This document shows positions 33,213-46,639 of a stretch of DNA of 64,000 bases, in pieces. This stretch comes from Saccostrea cucullata. Lineage: Eukaryota. The stretch lies in contig NW_026938699.1 of assembly GCF_032062105.1 (NCBI RefSeq), forward strand, positions 1 through 64,000, in the 5' to 3' direction. Numbering within the stretch: the stretch's first letter is position 1; the number at the start of each line of letters is the position of its first letter. A program made the translations under genes and the position numbers. The notes beneath the pieces are model-generated. The model did not search any database. It had not been told where the DNA came from and saw only the letters and a program-made list of their open reading frames with translations.

Positions 33213-33979
33213 TAAGAGGAGGTTAGAAACCATTTTTAGACGGGGTCACGTGACCCCGTCTATTAGTTTACTGTCAGAGCCCTCAAAAAGGAAGCCGTGG
33301 TGATAACACATGAATTAAATCTACGCTATATGAAAGAGTGCAGAAATTGTTTTGATCAAAATATAAGCATTCTGTATTAAACTGAAGAAAGTGATATGAA
33401 CTTTTTTCTAAATCAAATGAGTGAAGCATTTTGTGAATGTAAACTCAAAATATTAATTGTAAAACACATAAGTAAACAAAACTACTCTCCTGCGTAGTAT
33501 TACGACTGCGTACGCATCATCCATTGTTTACTTCCGGAAAAATATTAATTCGGACCATGTGCAATTCGGAAATTCAAAAAGATTTCTAGACTTGGCAGTT
33601 ATTGAAAATTCTACTTCAACATGTTCAAATTAAATGAAAAACGCGAATTTATATTATTCATAGCTTTGTTTTTATTTTGTTAATTAAAAAAATTATCAAA
33701 ACTCGTGAAAAAAATCACATCCGTGAAATTTAGCATGGAAATTATTTTGACCCCGTCTTTCAGTACTGTCTCAGTACTTTGATTTCCCTTGTCACCCCCT
33801 AAGCTGAAAACCTTACTGCACACCTACAAGACATCCTCAATCATATTTCGAAATATGAATGGGCTTCTTTGAGAAATTGTATAAGGGTTCAAACAACCAG
33901 GTTTTTGTAGTAAAAGATTGATTTGTTTTAAAACACTTTTTGATACCAAAGCTGATAATCGAAAATCTAAATCCTTATT

Positions 33980-34591
33980 TATGGCACGCCAAATTCACAA
34001 AAATGAGCTAAACATAGTTTCACAGTCGATAAACTAGGTTTATCGGTTGTAAACTATAGTTTACGGACTGTAAACTATAGTTAACAACGTTAATCTATAT
34101 TTTACATCTGTAAACCATAGTTAACGCGATAATCTCTGTTTCACAACTGTAAACTATACTTAACACCGAAAACAATCATTTGCGATTGCAAAACACAGAT
34201 TATCTGATAAATACAGTTTCACGATTTGTAAATTATAGTTTACAAACCGTTAACTATAGTTAACGATCTGATAAATATAGTTTCACGATTTGTGAAACTA
34301 TGATTAACAACTCTTAACTATAGTTTACGATTGTAAACTATAGTTTACAAACATGAATCTATGTTTATCAACAAAATCTATTGTTAACGCTTATTACAGA
34401 CAGATAAACTTAGATTAGCATTCGTAAACTATAGTTAACAACCGTTAAATATCGTTTTACAGATGAAAACTATACTTAACGAATCGTTAACTATAGTTTA
34501 CGGTTTGTAAACTATAGTTTACAGTCGATAAACCTAGTTTATCAATTGTGAAACTAGGTTTATCTCATTTTTGTGAATTTGGCGTGCCATA
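33980..34591. mobile_element. MITE with ~85-bp TIRs and internal palindromic subrepeats
   Basis: Ends tatggcacgccaaattcacaaaaatgag... and ...ctcatttttgtgaatttggcgtgccata; the interior is made of many ~22-bp aaactatagttt variants. Confidence 0.85.
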
Positions 34592-35117
34592 TACTTATTT
34601 CATATCAACAGGACACTTCTAGACATGTTCTAAAATCTGAATTGACTACTGCAAGTTCAAGTTCATTTTATTCACCCAAACCAAGATTCGTTATTTTAGT
34701 ACAATTCTCTATCATCCTTGGATTTTCAGTAAGGTGTGACATTCTCGACGCTACGTAAATTAGCGTCTCTCAGATGGCGACATAGATTCTCATTGGTTCT
34801 CATTGGTTAAGAAATTAATAACATCAGCAACTTGAAATTGTTGTTAACAACGATGAGACGACTTAGCCCCACACCCTTGTCGTACGAAACCTTATCATTG
34901 GATCCTTGTTACTTTCGATGACATTCGCCCGAGTTCTATTCCATGTATATTTCACACAGTTAATGAAAGGCTGTGTGAATTTCAGACGCTACTTATGTAA
35001 CATCGAGAATGCCATGAAAGTCCAAGGATAACAGAGAACTGTGCTAACTTTATGAAATTTATGATGTCTTTAATTCAAAGTATCAATACATTTAGATATT
35101 TTTTTTCTATTGGATTG

Positions 35118-35185
35118 CATCCTCGCTAGTCAATGATTTCTGATACAGAGAGTAGCGTATCAGAAACTCATGGCTAGCGAATATG
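35118..35185. repeat. Short hairpin element, diverged copy 3
   Basis: catcctcgctagtcaatga.tttctgatac ... gtatcagaaactcatggctagcgaatatg. Confidence 0.5.
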
Positions 35186-36599
35186 TTTATGGGGAGAGTA
35201 GCATACTAGTATCAAAAACTCTAGGCTAGCTGATTGACTTGTTGCTCACTTTTAATGATTTGAAGTGCGCATATACAATCCCTTGAAAAATATAGTAAAA
35301 CACATCTTCAATTTAATTAAAAGAGTTAAAAAAAAATTATTCAAATTACACATATGATGTTTAGCTCTACATTTTATTATTTAAGCATAGTTGACCTTAT
35401 CATCATATCAATGATGAGAGCAACGAGTATTGAATGGATGCGCGCATCATTGAATTGATGACAGTTATAATTAAATTAATGCGCGCATCAAATTACTTAT
35501 TGCTCTTATCAATTTATTTTCAAAGTTCTTTTGTCATTTTTCAACTATTTTTCCGTATATGTTTTGATAAAAATTCATTAATGAAGCTCAATTTACAAAT
35601 GTATTTATATTCACCGTCGATAAGTACATCTTTTTAATACATTGCTTAAACAGAATCAAATCACATTGGCTACAATGAACAAGGGAGTGTTTGAGAGATA
35701 ATAAAAGTCTAAATTCGAAATGTCCGATTTTTGTAAAAACTCAAACCAAGTGACCGACTTTTAATTCTTTCTTTTGCTCCTCTCCCCGGGGGTCGCGGTA
35801 GATCACTACATTTATTGTCACTTTGATTTAAGCAATATCCCCAACACAAACCCAGGAACTGGGCTCAATTCAGCGATCGTCAGAATCCCCGCGTGTATAG
35901 TGTGTAATTTGACGACTCAGCAATTACATATGCTAGTTTTATGATTTTTTGGTATCATTTGTAACCATAAAAACGTTAAAAACTACATGATTGTATTTGG
36001 TTTAGAGAAGCTGTATAAAACCTCTTGATTGTAATCGCGCGCGGCTTTGTCAAAAATTCGACTGAAGCGCGAAGCCTAGAGTGATTCCCGAGACTGACAT
36101 TAACCATGTTTCATTCGAAGAATCTCCTACAAAATGCCATGTTTCAGCGACCATGCATGAGAAGTTCCGAAGATCCACCCTCAATTTTGTTCGAATGGTC
36201 AGCGTTGCCAGATAACGAGTTGTTGTAATTCGCCATTCATCTCCGCTCATAAAGATTTCAACACTTCATTGGAAAATAGAGGCGCGCAAGAAACATTGTT
36301 TCACCAATAGAGGCGGGGAGCAGTTAAAAAAAAGTCTTGCCCGATCTGTTTCTTGGACCAGACCCAGAAAGGAAGAGGTTTAACAAAAATGACCCTGTTC
36401 TCTTCTGGATACCTTGTGAATCACCCATTTACTTCGATGATATAACCTCTTCATTCTTTTTTGAAGTAGGAAAACTCCAATTACATATGTAATACGTTTT
36501 TTTTAAGTTGGAGCACCCGCTGGTTTCATGAAGGAACAGGTACAAAGCTCTATTCTGAGTGGGGGAGAGGAGTTGCTAATCGGTCAGTAATTAGCCCCA

Positions 36600-39500
36600 A
36601 TGGGATCCCTGACTATAACGTCTCACGTAGTAAACCCACCTAGTAGATCTAACAATGAACTGCCTGTCACCAGTGAAAATATTCACACGGAAAATAACAA
36701 TTCGACAAATGACAAGAACAAGAAGACATTTCTCCGGATCATGGAAAAAGTGAATATGGTTTTCTTGATTGTTTTGGTGTGTTACTTGTCATGGACGATA
36801 CCCGCCACCTTTGGTTTGTTTGATCCGCCCAGCTCCTCCTCATCCTCGACATTGCTTCAGAATAGATCGTTATTAAATGGGACGGAAAGTTTGATTGTAA
36901 GTAATAAAAGTTGTTCAAGTACTTTGTTGTAAATTGTTCTGAATCTTATTTCAGAGACATTGAAAAATAATAAATGAATTCTAATCAAAAACTTAGATTA
37001 AGTATTTATTTTATTTATTAAAATATTGTTGCAAAATTATTTTTTGATTGTTTCTATACAGAGTAGTTCGTAAAGATTTGGAGAGCTTAGCACTATAAAG
37101 CTATTAAGAATCTTGGTTCATCTTAATCTGTTGAACTAAGTTTGACTCCTCGATTAGGATCATTAAGATAACACGTTTACTTTTATATTTATAAAACACT
37201 AAATTTAAATATCGGCATTTTCAAAACCACCCATTCAATGATTAGAATATCAAACTTTCATATTATAGATTTGTCATGTAAGTGCGATTACCCCTTAAGA
37301 ATATTTTTTTATGTTCTCATAAAATTAGTTAAAATTCATTAATTTTGATCTAGAATTTTATCCATCATTTACATATCATTTCATCTGCTTTAAGTGGTTT
37401 ATTTACTTTTGAAGAATATCAAAAATAAAATCAAATGTCTTTGAACATGAATTTAGGATAGCTTTGAGGAAAAATATATATAACTTCTTCAAAGCGCGTA
37501 AATAAAGTTCGTTAAAGAATTTAAAAGAAGTCAAATGGCGTATTGCACTTGGTTTGACACCCTACAACCCAATGACCCGACAGACGGTCTTATCATGTGA
37601 CCCAATCAATGTTAATGATCGAAGTTATCAGTACGCTTGGTTGGGGAGACGGAGGGTGGGCATGGTAACGCTGTTGCACGCGCCCTTGTGCTTTCCCATA
37701 TTTTTCTTTCGACAAGGTTATCGACCTGTACAATCTAAAGTTTAAAACATGAAAACTTAATTTATTTATTTGACAAGTAATTAGAAATCTCCAGATAATG
37801 CAATAAGAGGAGTGACAGTTTGATTGCTTTTGCGTCGAAATTGATAAACATGCATCTGAAGTGTTCAGGCTTACATTTGACCCATTTTTGAAAACTTTAT
37901 GACCTGGGGTTGTTTCGTTATAAGATACAATGCTATAAAATTGATAAACTTGTATTGTAATGTGAGAGAATAAATTACCCTAACGTGAAAAATCGCTCCA
38001 CCGGGGATTGTGGCTTGAATAATGATTTAAAATATTTATAAACAGAACTTATGGGGCTTATATCTTGATCTATTCTTGCATTGTTATAGATAGAATTCGT
38101 TTAAAATTGTCTGATTGAAGTCTAATCCGAAAATTCCAATATGTGTGAATGTACTTCCGTTCGTATACAAGATCAAATGCAAAATTGTTTCCTCAACAGC
38201 TTTATTACAGAAAACGAATTAAAAATTCCATTTCATTTAGATTTGAAGTTATAATAGTATAATAATGCGCGCGAATCTAGAATATCAGCGTGGTGTCATA
38301 AAATAAACCATCCCTATAACAAACCTCCACTAGAAAGTTTACTACAATGTAAATACTCTACCAGTGAATGAATTTCTGTATACTGGTAGTCAACATTCCT
38401 CAATGCGTTTAGAACCCACCCCTTCGGAATTTTTATTATGCATTACTATTATTTGGTGAAACAAATATTATATACCCTCATACTACAGTAAAACTTGCTT
38501 ATAAGAAGGTCCTGGGGTCTACTAGTATGAATTTGTTGGTTCCTTAATATATCTGTAGGAGAAGGTATTATGATATATAAGGGATAAAGATACGAGTTCA
38601 TAATAAACCGAGATATTCTTATATCCGAGTTCATTATAATGGGAACCCTTGCCGTATGAGTGAATGTTTACCACACGGTAAATCTAGAGGAGAACATTTA
38701 TTACAGGAAAGGGTTATCATAGAAAAGGGGATTCCAACGTTAAAAAATCAAATGCAAAAATTTCTTCAAAAAAACATTCTTTAAATCTGCAAAGCAAGCA
38801 AGAAAAGTTTGATAGGGACCTCACCTCACAGAATGCAAAACTTCTAAAGTTGGTCGATGTATGAATAGGGACTTTAATCTGTTTATAAAAATAATCAAAT
38901 TGAATAATAACCTTGAATTGATTATATAAGATAAATTAGAAGTGTTTCATTCTTCAACGATTTTTGTTGTTGGAATAATTCAATTTTTAGAAGTATCTTC
39001 TTAATCAAACATCATAAAAAGTAATATCAGAATAAACAGTAAAAGCATACAGATAATCGGTTATTTTCGTGCCTTTCTATTATAATACCAAAACAAATTT
39101 ACCCCTAGCTGTTATATCCATTTAAATTTTTTTTTTATGATAAAGGATTAGCATTTTTGTTCCGAGGGAAAACAATAAAATATTACCGAATTCCTCAATG
39201 AAAGATTGAACTGCTAATGAATTTAAACACTTTCTTCTTTTGAAGTATATGAACCCTCTACCTGTTCCAAAGAAAAAAATACCAGGTGTAGGCATCTCAA
39301 TCAACAGGCGGCATGCGGCGAGAGCAATTTTTAGAAGTTCGTTTGTTGCAATTAGAACTTTTTCTTGCCAAAAGGTTGAACTAATTACATAAATCAATTG
39401 CGTTTGTTTGTATTTAAATTTTTCTAAGTATTATATCGGTGTATCGGCGGTAAATCTGGATACGGTATCTCGATGCCAAGAAAGAATGAAACAAACTAGC

Positions 39501-42136
39501 TGATTCACTCACGCGAGGGGAAATGGAAGCTAACGAAGCATTATTATAGAACCGAGTGGCGAGCTTAGCCCTTTGTTTTTATCTTGTAGCAAAGATAAAT
39601 TTCTCACACTATCCAAATTCAAAGAAAAACATTCCTTAAAACTCAGATCTACACTTTGATTGATGCTTAACAGCAATTGGTATCGATTTATCAGGTTCTA
39701 GAAATTCTTGACCTTCAATTTTCTCAATCATCAGCAAATACTTGTTAGAATTTAAACAGAAGTCGGAGTAAAAAAAATGAAACCCTTTGAATCCTTTTCA
39801 CTTTGTTAATCTTTTAGAACACTCGAAAAACGCTTTAAATACCATGAATCGTGAGTTCTCAAATCAAGTCAACAGATTTCAAAGTAAAGATTCTAAGAAA
39901 GCGCAATACTTCATCTGTTTCAAAGAGATACTTGACACGACAGACTAGTGTATGTCAAAATAATTTGGAAAGAAACCTTCATTCCCAAAACATTTATCCT
40001 TGTACCATTTTAAGAAATAGTCTATTTAGAAAAGCCTTTTGAAATCTTAAGAAAAAAATTCTCTTTTGATTCTACAGAAGGTTGAAGAAAACTGTCATCT
40101 AAGCTTGCATTTAACGAAGCATTTTCAGACGTTCTTTGAAATTTGATTTGACAAAATTTCTGTATTTTGTGAAAATTCCAAAGGCATCAATATTAGTTTA
40201 AATATGTAATTTGGACGCTATTATGTTTTTATTTGTAGGTAGATACAAATGTTGCAAATAAAGTGATACACGGTTTTGTTGATTTCAACAATGAATCAAA
40301 ATCGACAACATTCCCAGCAAAACATTCCAAGAAATGGAAGGCAGCAAAAAGGAGACGGCAGAAAAAGAAGCTGAACAAAAATCGAAAGAAAAATAAAAAT
40401 AGAAAAAATAAATCTATGAAAAGAAAGAAAAGCAGAATTTTTCACAGACTAAAACCAATCACAATCCGACAGATTATTGAGATGGTTGCACAAGAAGCAC
40501 TGACCAAAACATCCGGGTCCTATGATTACAATCAGTTGGAGGCTGAAATTTTAAATAACAATTTCCTGCCAAAAACGCCACAAGTTTCCAGTGCACGTGA
40601 CGAATCATCAGTGAAACTTCAAATTGACGGTAAGATTTTTATGATTTATCCCCTCGCAACGGTGTTGGAGGGGATATCACTAACGCAGTCGTTTGTGTTC
40701 GTTTGTGGGTGGGTGGGTTTATTCTGTGCGAAACAAGTGACGTAATTTGCATAGGTATCGATGTCAAATGCTGTCTTGACTTATAGATATGCTCTTTGCG
40801 AAGGAATGCTCCGCCATTCATTCTCTTTGTTGTTTTTACTAAATACTCACGAAAAATGTTTGAGTAAAAAAATAAAAGTTATTTATAAAAGAGTACATGA
40901 AGTTATATGTCTGATTACCATTTGACTTTTCGGCAGCAAGTTCCAAGGAATGGTCATCGTGGAGTCTGTGTTCTGTTACATGTGGAATGGGACAACAAGA
41001 AAGATCACGTGACTGTGGATCAGCGTGTCGTGAAATGGAAACACAAGCCTGCTACCGCAGACGTTGCTATGGTAATCAGCAATCAATCTTATAGAAAAAG
41101 GAGACTTCAATTTAAATATGATTCTTTATGCAAAAATCTTTTTATCGAAATTTTCTAGTGAATTTGGTGGTAGATTTATTATTTGTAATTGCAAAACTTT
41201 ATCCTCATGAACCACACAAACCATGGACTACAAATTAATATACTAGTATTTAGATTTTAGATTTCTCAAAATTAATTTTGGTATTTTTAATATGCAGTTT
41301 GATGTAATATCAAGTTATCTTTATTGCAGATGATTCTGCAAGAAAAAAGAACAAATTTGCTTGGGAGTACGAAAATATCATCCCAGATTCTACGTTAAGG
41401 CCAAAGGATTTCATCAACCCTGGTGAGACGTGCATATAATATGTCAGGCATTTTTTTTTCAAATTTTGTGTTATGTTTCTTTTTCAAAATAGTTTTTAGA
41501 AAGCATTTTCTCTAATAAATCATTTTTTAGAGAAAGATGTATGTAAGAGATGGATGGCGTGTAATAAAGACACCATATCATCTTATCTGAAGCGTGCAGC
41601 TCTTCCCAGCTGTCCTTGCTTGTACCCACTGCACCTGGGATATAACCCCAAAGTCTGGGACCCCCACGCCAAGAAACACTACAGCTGGGCGGACGTGGAC
41701 ACAAAGGCAGAGGGCTTATATGCCTACAAACCTAGCGCTCGGTTCTGCATCAGGTCAAAACTTTATAAGGGTGTGAAGACTTTATCATCCCAGATGTGTT
41801 GCTATGACAACGAATTCAAACTTATCACAAGAGGAAAAGGGGCGGGTACCCCGAATTTGATTAGTCCAGAAATGTCCCCTGAACTTCACCACAAACTGGA
41901 TATAAATCCATGGATTATTTGTAAAGGTGACTGGTCCAGGTAAGTGTCGCCTAATGACGTAATAAACAAAATTATGAAGTTCATCCATTTCTTATTAAAG
42001 GAGGAAAAAACTTTGTCTTTTTTCTGTTGTTTCCAGGTATAACCAAATTCTACCTCCAGATAATGGCCGAAAATGCTCAACGAATCCAGATGACAATGTC
42101 ATTTTGCAACAGAGAATAGACAGTGAGAATTACTAA
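36600..42136 (+). CDS. ISM1: Isthmin-like protein (TSP1 + AMOP), ~474 aa
   Basis: Exons 36600-36896, 40239-40629, 40937-41071, 41330-41422, 41531-41939, 42037-42136 (1425 nt, in frame). TSP1 domain WSSWSLCSVTCGMGQQERSRDCG; AMOP domain LPSCPC..YKPSARFCIRS..CCYD..LITRGKGAGTPNLISPE..PWIICKGDWSRY..PPDNG.KC..NP. ISM1 versus ISM2 is not resolvable for an invertebrate. Confidence 0.9.
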
Positions 42137-45100
42137 CGTGATGTGTATGGAAGATGACGTCATAAAAAAGGTGCCTGTTACTAAAGGAGGACATTGCTTC
42201 GGCAGGACGGAGTAAAATGTTCTACTTCCGGTGTTATGAGTCCTTTTTCGTACTGATGTGTGTTTGATTTCTTGTGACATGCACAGTATCTGTGTGTCAT
42301 TGTTAACACAATTGTTCGCTCATACGGGTATCTGGATATTTTATTTTGTATATAAAATGGTTTTATTTTCATAAATGTGTAAAACTAATAAAAACAACAC
42401 GTTTGTTTTTCACTGAATTTATCGTTTCACAAAATAACCATGAGCATTTTTATTTTAGCACTTCAATGTAAGTAAAAAGTAATCAGTCTATGTACCCATG
42501 AAATTAAATAAAGTTAGTTACAAGGTTTCATTAAAATCGTGCAAATAACCAATCGCCAACAACAATCTTGTTCATAAATGATCTGTAAGCTTCCTCAGCA
42601 CCCTGTCAAATGCCAATCAGCTTACAATGTTTCCATCCCGTGTAAATTCAATAAATTATAAAATTATATTTTTATCAGGACTACTCATGACATCCGTCCA
42701 CATATAAAAAAAGGGGGGGGGGCATCCTCAGCCCGTCACATTATTTAAACACCCTTGATAATTTACTTCACATCCTTGTAAATCATAACCAAGTTCCATT
42801 TTTCGTTTCAAATATTTCATTTAATAAAGACTTCAAAGTTCAATGAAATATAACAAAACAGTCAGTACATCTATGAGTATATAAAGTCCTAGCTTAACAT
42901 CTCTGGCCTAATAAAACACAGTGGATTGCGGTGTCCGTGCGGTGGAGAAATTATACACTACTTAATTTGTATTAGTTTACATTATTTTCTTTTACCTAAG
43001 TCACTAGTAATTTACAGTCAGTGATGTTGATGACGTAATATGATCTGATCGTTACGATCGTCGTGATGAAACTGGCGTTCGCTGCTCATATATATAACCT
43101 TCCATAAATGGTCACGTGATCACAACAACCAATGAATAATTGTCCTTTCTGGAGCAACTCGGAACTACTTTACATACATTTTGTATAATACAAAGAAAAT
43201 AACATCGCTCAAAATGTCCTTTCTACATGTAAAGTGGGAGCTATAAATTCTATTCGATATACTTTAGAAAACAAGTTCAACAAACAATCTGTAATAAAAC
43301 GGACACACACAATCCATGGCGTAGTAATACCGAACAATAATGCAAACACATAAGTATTACGCTACACATTCAAGTTCCAAAACATTTCGTCAAATACAGC
43401 ATAATTAAATGACAATACTGCAATAAAATAACATTTAAGTATCAATTATGAATATTTGAGGACACGGACAGTGTTATTTCGATCTTATCAATTGTAAAAC
43501 AACAATGTTTATGTCACATGACTAATTTCTTCGTAAGAAAGATGGCAGGCGCCCAATTTACAACACATGTGATAATGCTGAAATAAGTAAGTAAATTACA
43601 GTTGTAATATGGTAGATAATGATGAAAAACTGACATACAACATCTCAGTATCACTGTCCCTTACTGTCTGTTCAACAATATCTCGCTAGATGTCTGTAAC
43701 ACAAAAACAGCATTTGTTTACATTAATACAATGTCGAAGTGCAATGTGTATTGCATCAATAATTCAAGTAAACAATAAGATAATGAAATAACATCAACAA
43801 TAAAACATTTCTTATAGATTTACAACTGGATGCTACTTTACTTCACTTACAAACACTCCACCATCAGCCTGTGATTAATTAATATGCAATATTCTAAAGT
43901 CCAACCCCCATGCATATTACAGATCCCTATGACGGCTTCCGGTTTTTAAGGGTCTACTTGGTTTGGGGTAACATTATTTTGGCTACACCCTGCATCAGAA
44001 CCTGTGCAGAAAAATCCACATGAAAAATCCACATGAATAGTACATGGATGATGCAAAATCATTATTGAAGAAATCTAAACTTCACATTTTGACTGGAGCT
44101 CTTCTAAAAATGTGAACACTTTTGATGTAATTTTCAGTCCCGTGGTAGCTGCAAAACTGTATAGTATTATGCTTTTATGTAGTCTTTGACTAAAGTCTGG
44201 TATATAAAACTACAACGCTACAGTTCTGCAGCTAGTTGTATGGCTACTGCTATATGTTTGTCAGAAAACTATTACGCTTTCCAAGACTTGAAAATTAATT
44301 CTAAACGGGTAAGTATACTTGATGTGCATTCTACAGGGTAGCTGCTTATATAATTTGAGATGAAAATTGTTAACGTAATAGTTTGTGATCAGAACATCAT
44401 AATAAATTATTACAATGGTTTAGGCACCTGATCACCTAAGTTGCACCTATACCTGTTTACTGTCTGTCCGGAAGGCTGTCGTGTAGCATTTCATGATTGA
44501 CTTCCGGACCTCAAAGACCTCTACTTCCGCCGTTACAGATTCTCCGACAAATGCTACATAATGAATTAATAAAAAGGAATATTTGTTACGAGAAGAATCA
44601 TCATGAAAATTTCATTTGTTTGCCAAGGAAATTTAGACAAATTTTGACACCTGGAGCGACGAATTTCGTTTCCTGCGATAAGTACACGGCCCCTGGACCC
44701 GGAAGTTTCGTAGAGCACACCGCAGAAATCAATCTGCAAGCAAAGGATGTACTATTACATTCAGACCAATTCATTATTCTTCTTTCCTCATTCAACATTT
44801 TTTTGCTTCTAAGTCTTTGAAACGGTTTAATAAATTGTCTTCGCTTTCATTTATATATAGATCTATTAAGTAGTATTTATTCCTTACATTTTTTTAAAGA
44901 GAAATTACATATCTTTAATCTGGATTTGCATATAACCTAGTTTACACAAAAAAAGCAACAAAGGATAAAGGGATACCCGTAAACTTTACGGAATTTAAAG
45001 AGAAGAAAGAAAACGGGAAGGAACGAAGAGAAAAACAGAGCAAAAAGAAACGAAATGAAAAGTAAACAAAGAGAGGAGAAAACGGAGAAGTTTAGATTAT

Positions 45101-46639
45101 TATTATTATAATTTTTTTTTTTTTGTAAAAACTGAATTTGTCCTAATTATATCGATTTCACTGAATGCTAAACAAATTGTATTCATTTCAGTTTGGTTTG
45201 TGTATACAAGTGCGGAGGGGGTAACATTATTTAATTATTTTTTATATATCTTTTATCTATCTTTATGTATAAGGTTATATAAAAAAACACAAAGATCGAA
45301 TTTTCCATTAATGCAGTCAATTTGTGTTTTCGGAGAGTTTTTCCGATACGTCAGATCCAAATAACAAATAAAATATTTTTTCATTTCGACAGTTAAAAAA
45401 AACTTTAATCGTAATAAAAACAACATTTAACATATCAATCATGTACTTTGAGAATATTAAACTTGTTGATCAATTATCAGTTCGGAAATTCATACTGCTA
45501 AATGTTGCTTTTATTCAGTTATCCTGGAAATGCATTTGGCCATCTTGATTAGGGTACCTCTCCCTAGGCCTATGAGTAATGTAAAATATGACTGAACGTA
45601 AATCAAGGGATTAAAATTCAGTGAATGTAAATTTTTCAATATTTTATAGGCCTTACTGCAGAAAATGCAATACAAATAAATTTTAAAACTTACCCGTTTA
45701 TAAGGACACCGTGTACGATACATTTTCCATACTTAGTCATCTCAGCAAAGTCGGGATCGGTATGCAATGGGTTGTTGTCCAAACTTATTTTAGCGAAAGA
45801 AATTACGTCGTCTTTTGTGAAAGTTTTTGTTAATGTAGCTTTGTCTCCTACATTTACCGATGTATATTTTCTGGTAGAAAGAGACCTTGCACAATCTGCA
45901 ATGATTACATAATTAGAATATCGCGTACAAAAACTTTTATTTTAAATCGGCTCGCACTACACATTGCATTGCTCGTCACAGCGCAAAGGGAGGCAACTTC
46001 ATCATTTGCATGTATCGATATATTAAGGATTAAAAAAATTAAATTGAAATTGAATATGCTGAATTGAAGTGAACTTTGAAAAGGGTTTTAGAAATTGATG
46101 AATTCAATGTATTGTAATGTATCTATAGAAACGTTCAAAACAGTATATAGTCTTCATAACATTTTACACAATTTTAAAACAGAAATACTTGAATAGCAAT
46201 CTCTTCTGAGTTTGAGATAAGAAAATTTATATAAAATTCATATTAATGGGCCCTCATTTGCATAATGCCGTTTATGCATAAAATTATCACACAAGCCAAC
46301 CGATTGATCATCGTCATGAAATCGAAAAATAAGACAGTTATTCCTTACATTTACATGCTCTTGATTCCGCCAATCCACGTGTACAAGTTCTGCTTCTGTA
46401 TAGCTATTAACATGATTAATTTGTCCTGCCCTGCAGGTGAATTTTTTTAACCGCGCCTACTGATGAACCAGTACATTGATGGAGAAATAAAGTACATAAA
46501 GTACTATTTGTAATTCTATCTCGGACAAAGACATTGGAAATGTAAATATTCATGGTTTAATTCTTAGAAATTTTTTTTGTGTAATATGCTAAAACACACT
46601 CATGAAAATGTTCCTAGAAACTTTGCAGTTTTATAGAAA

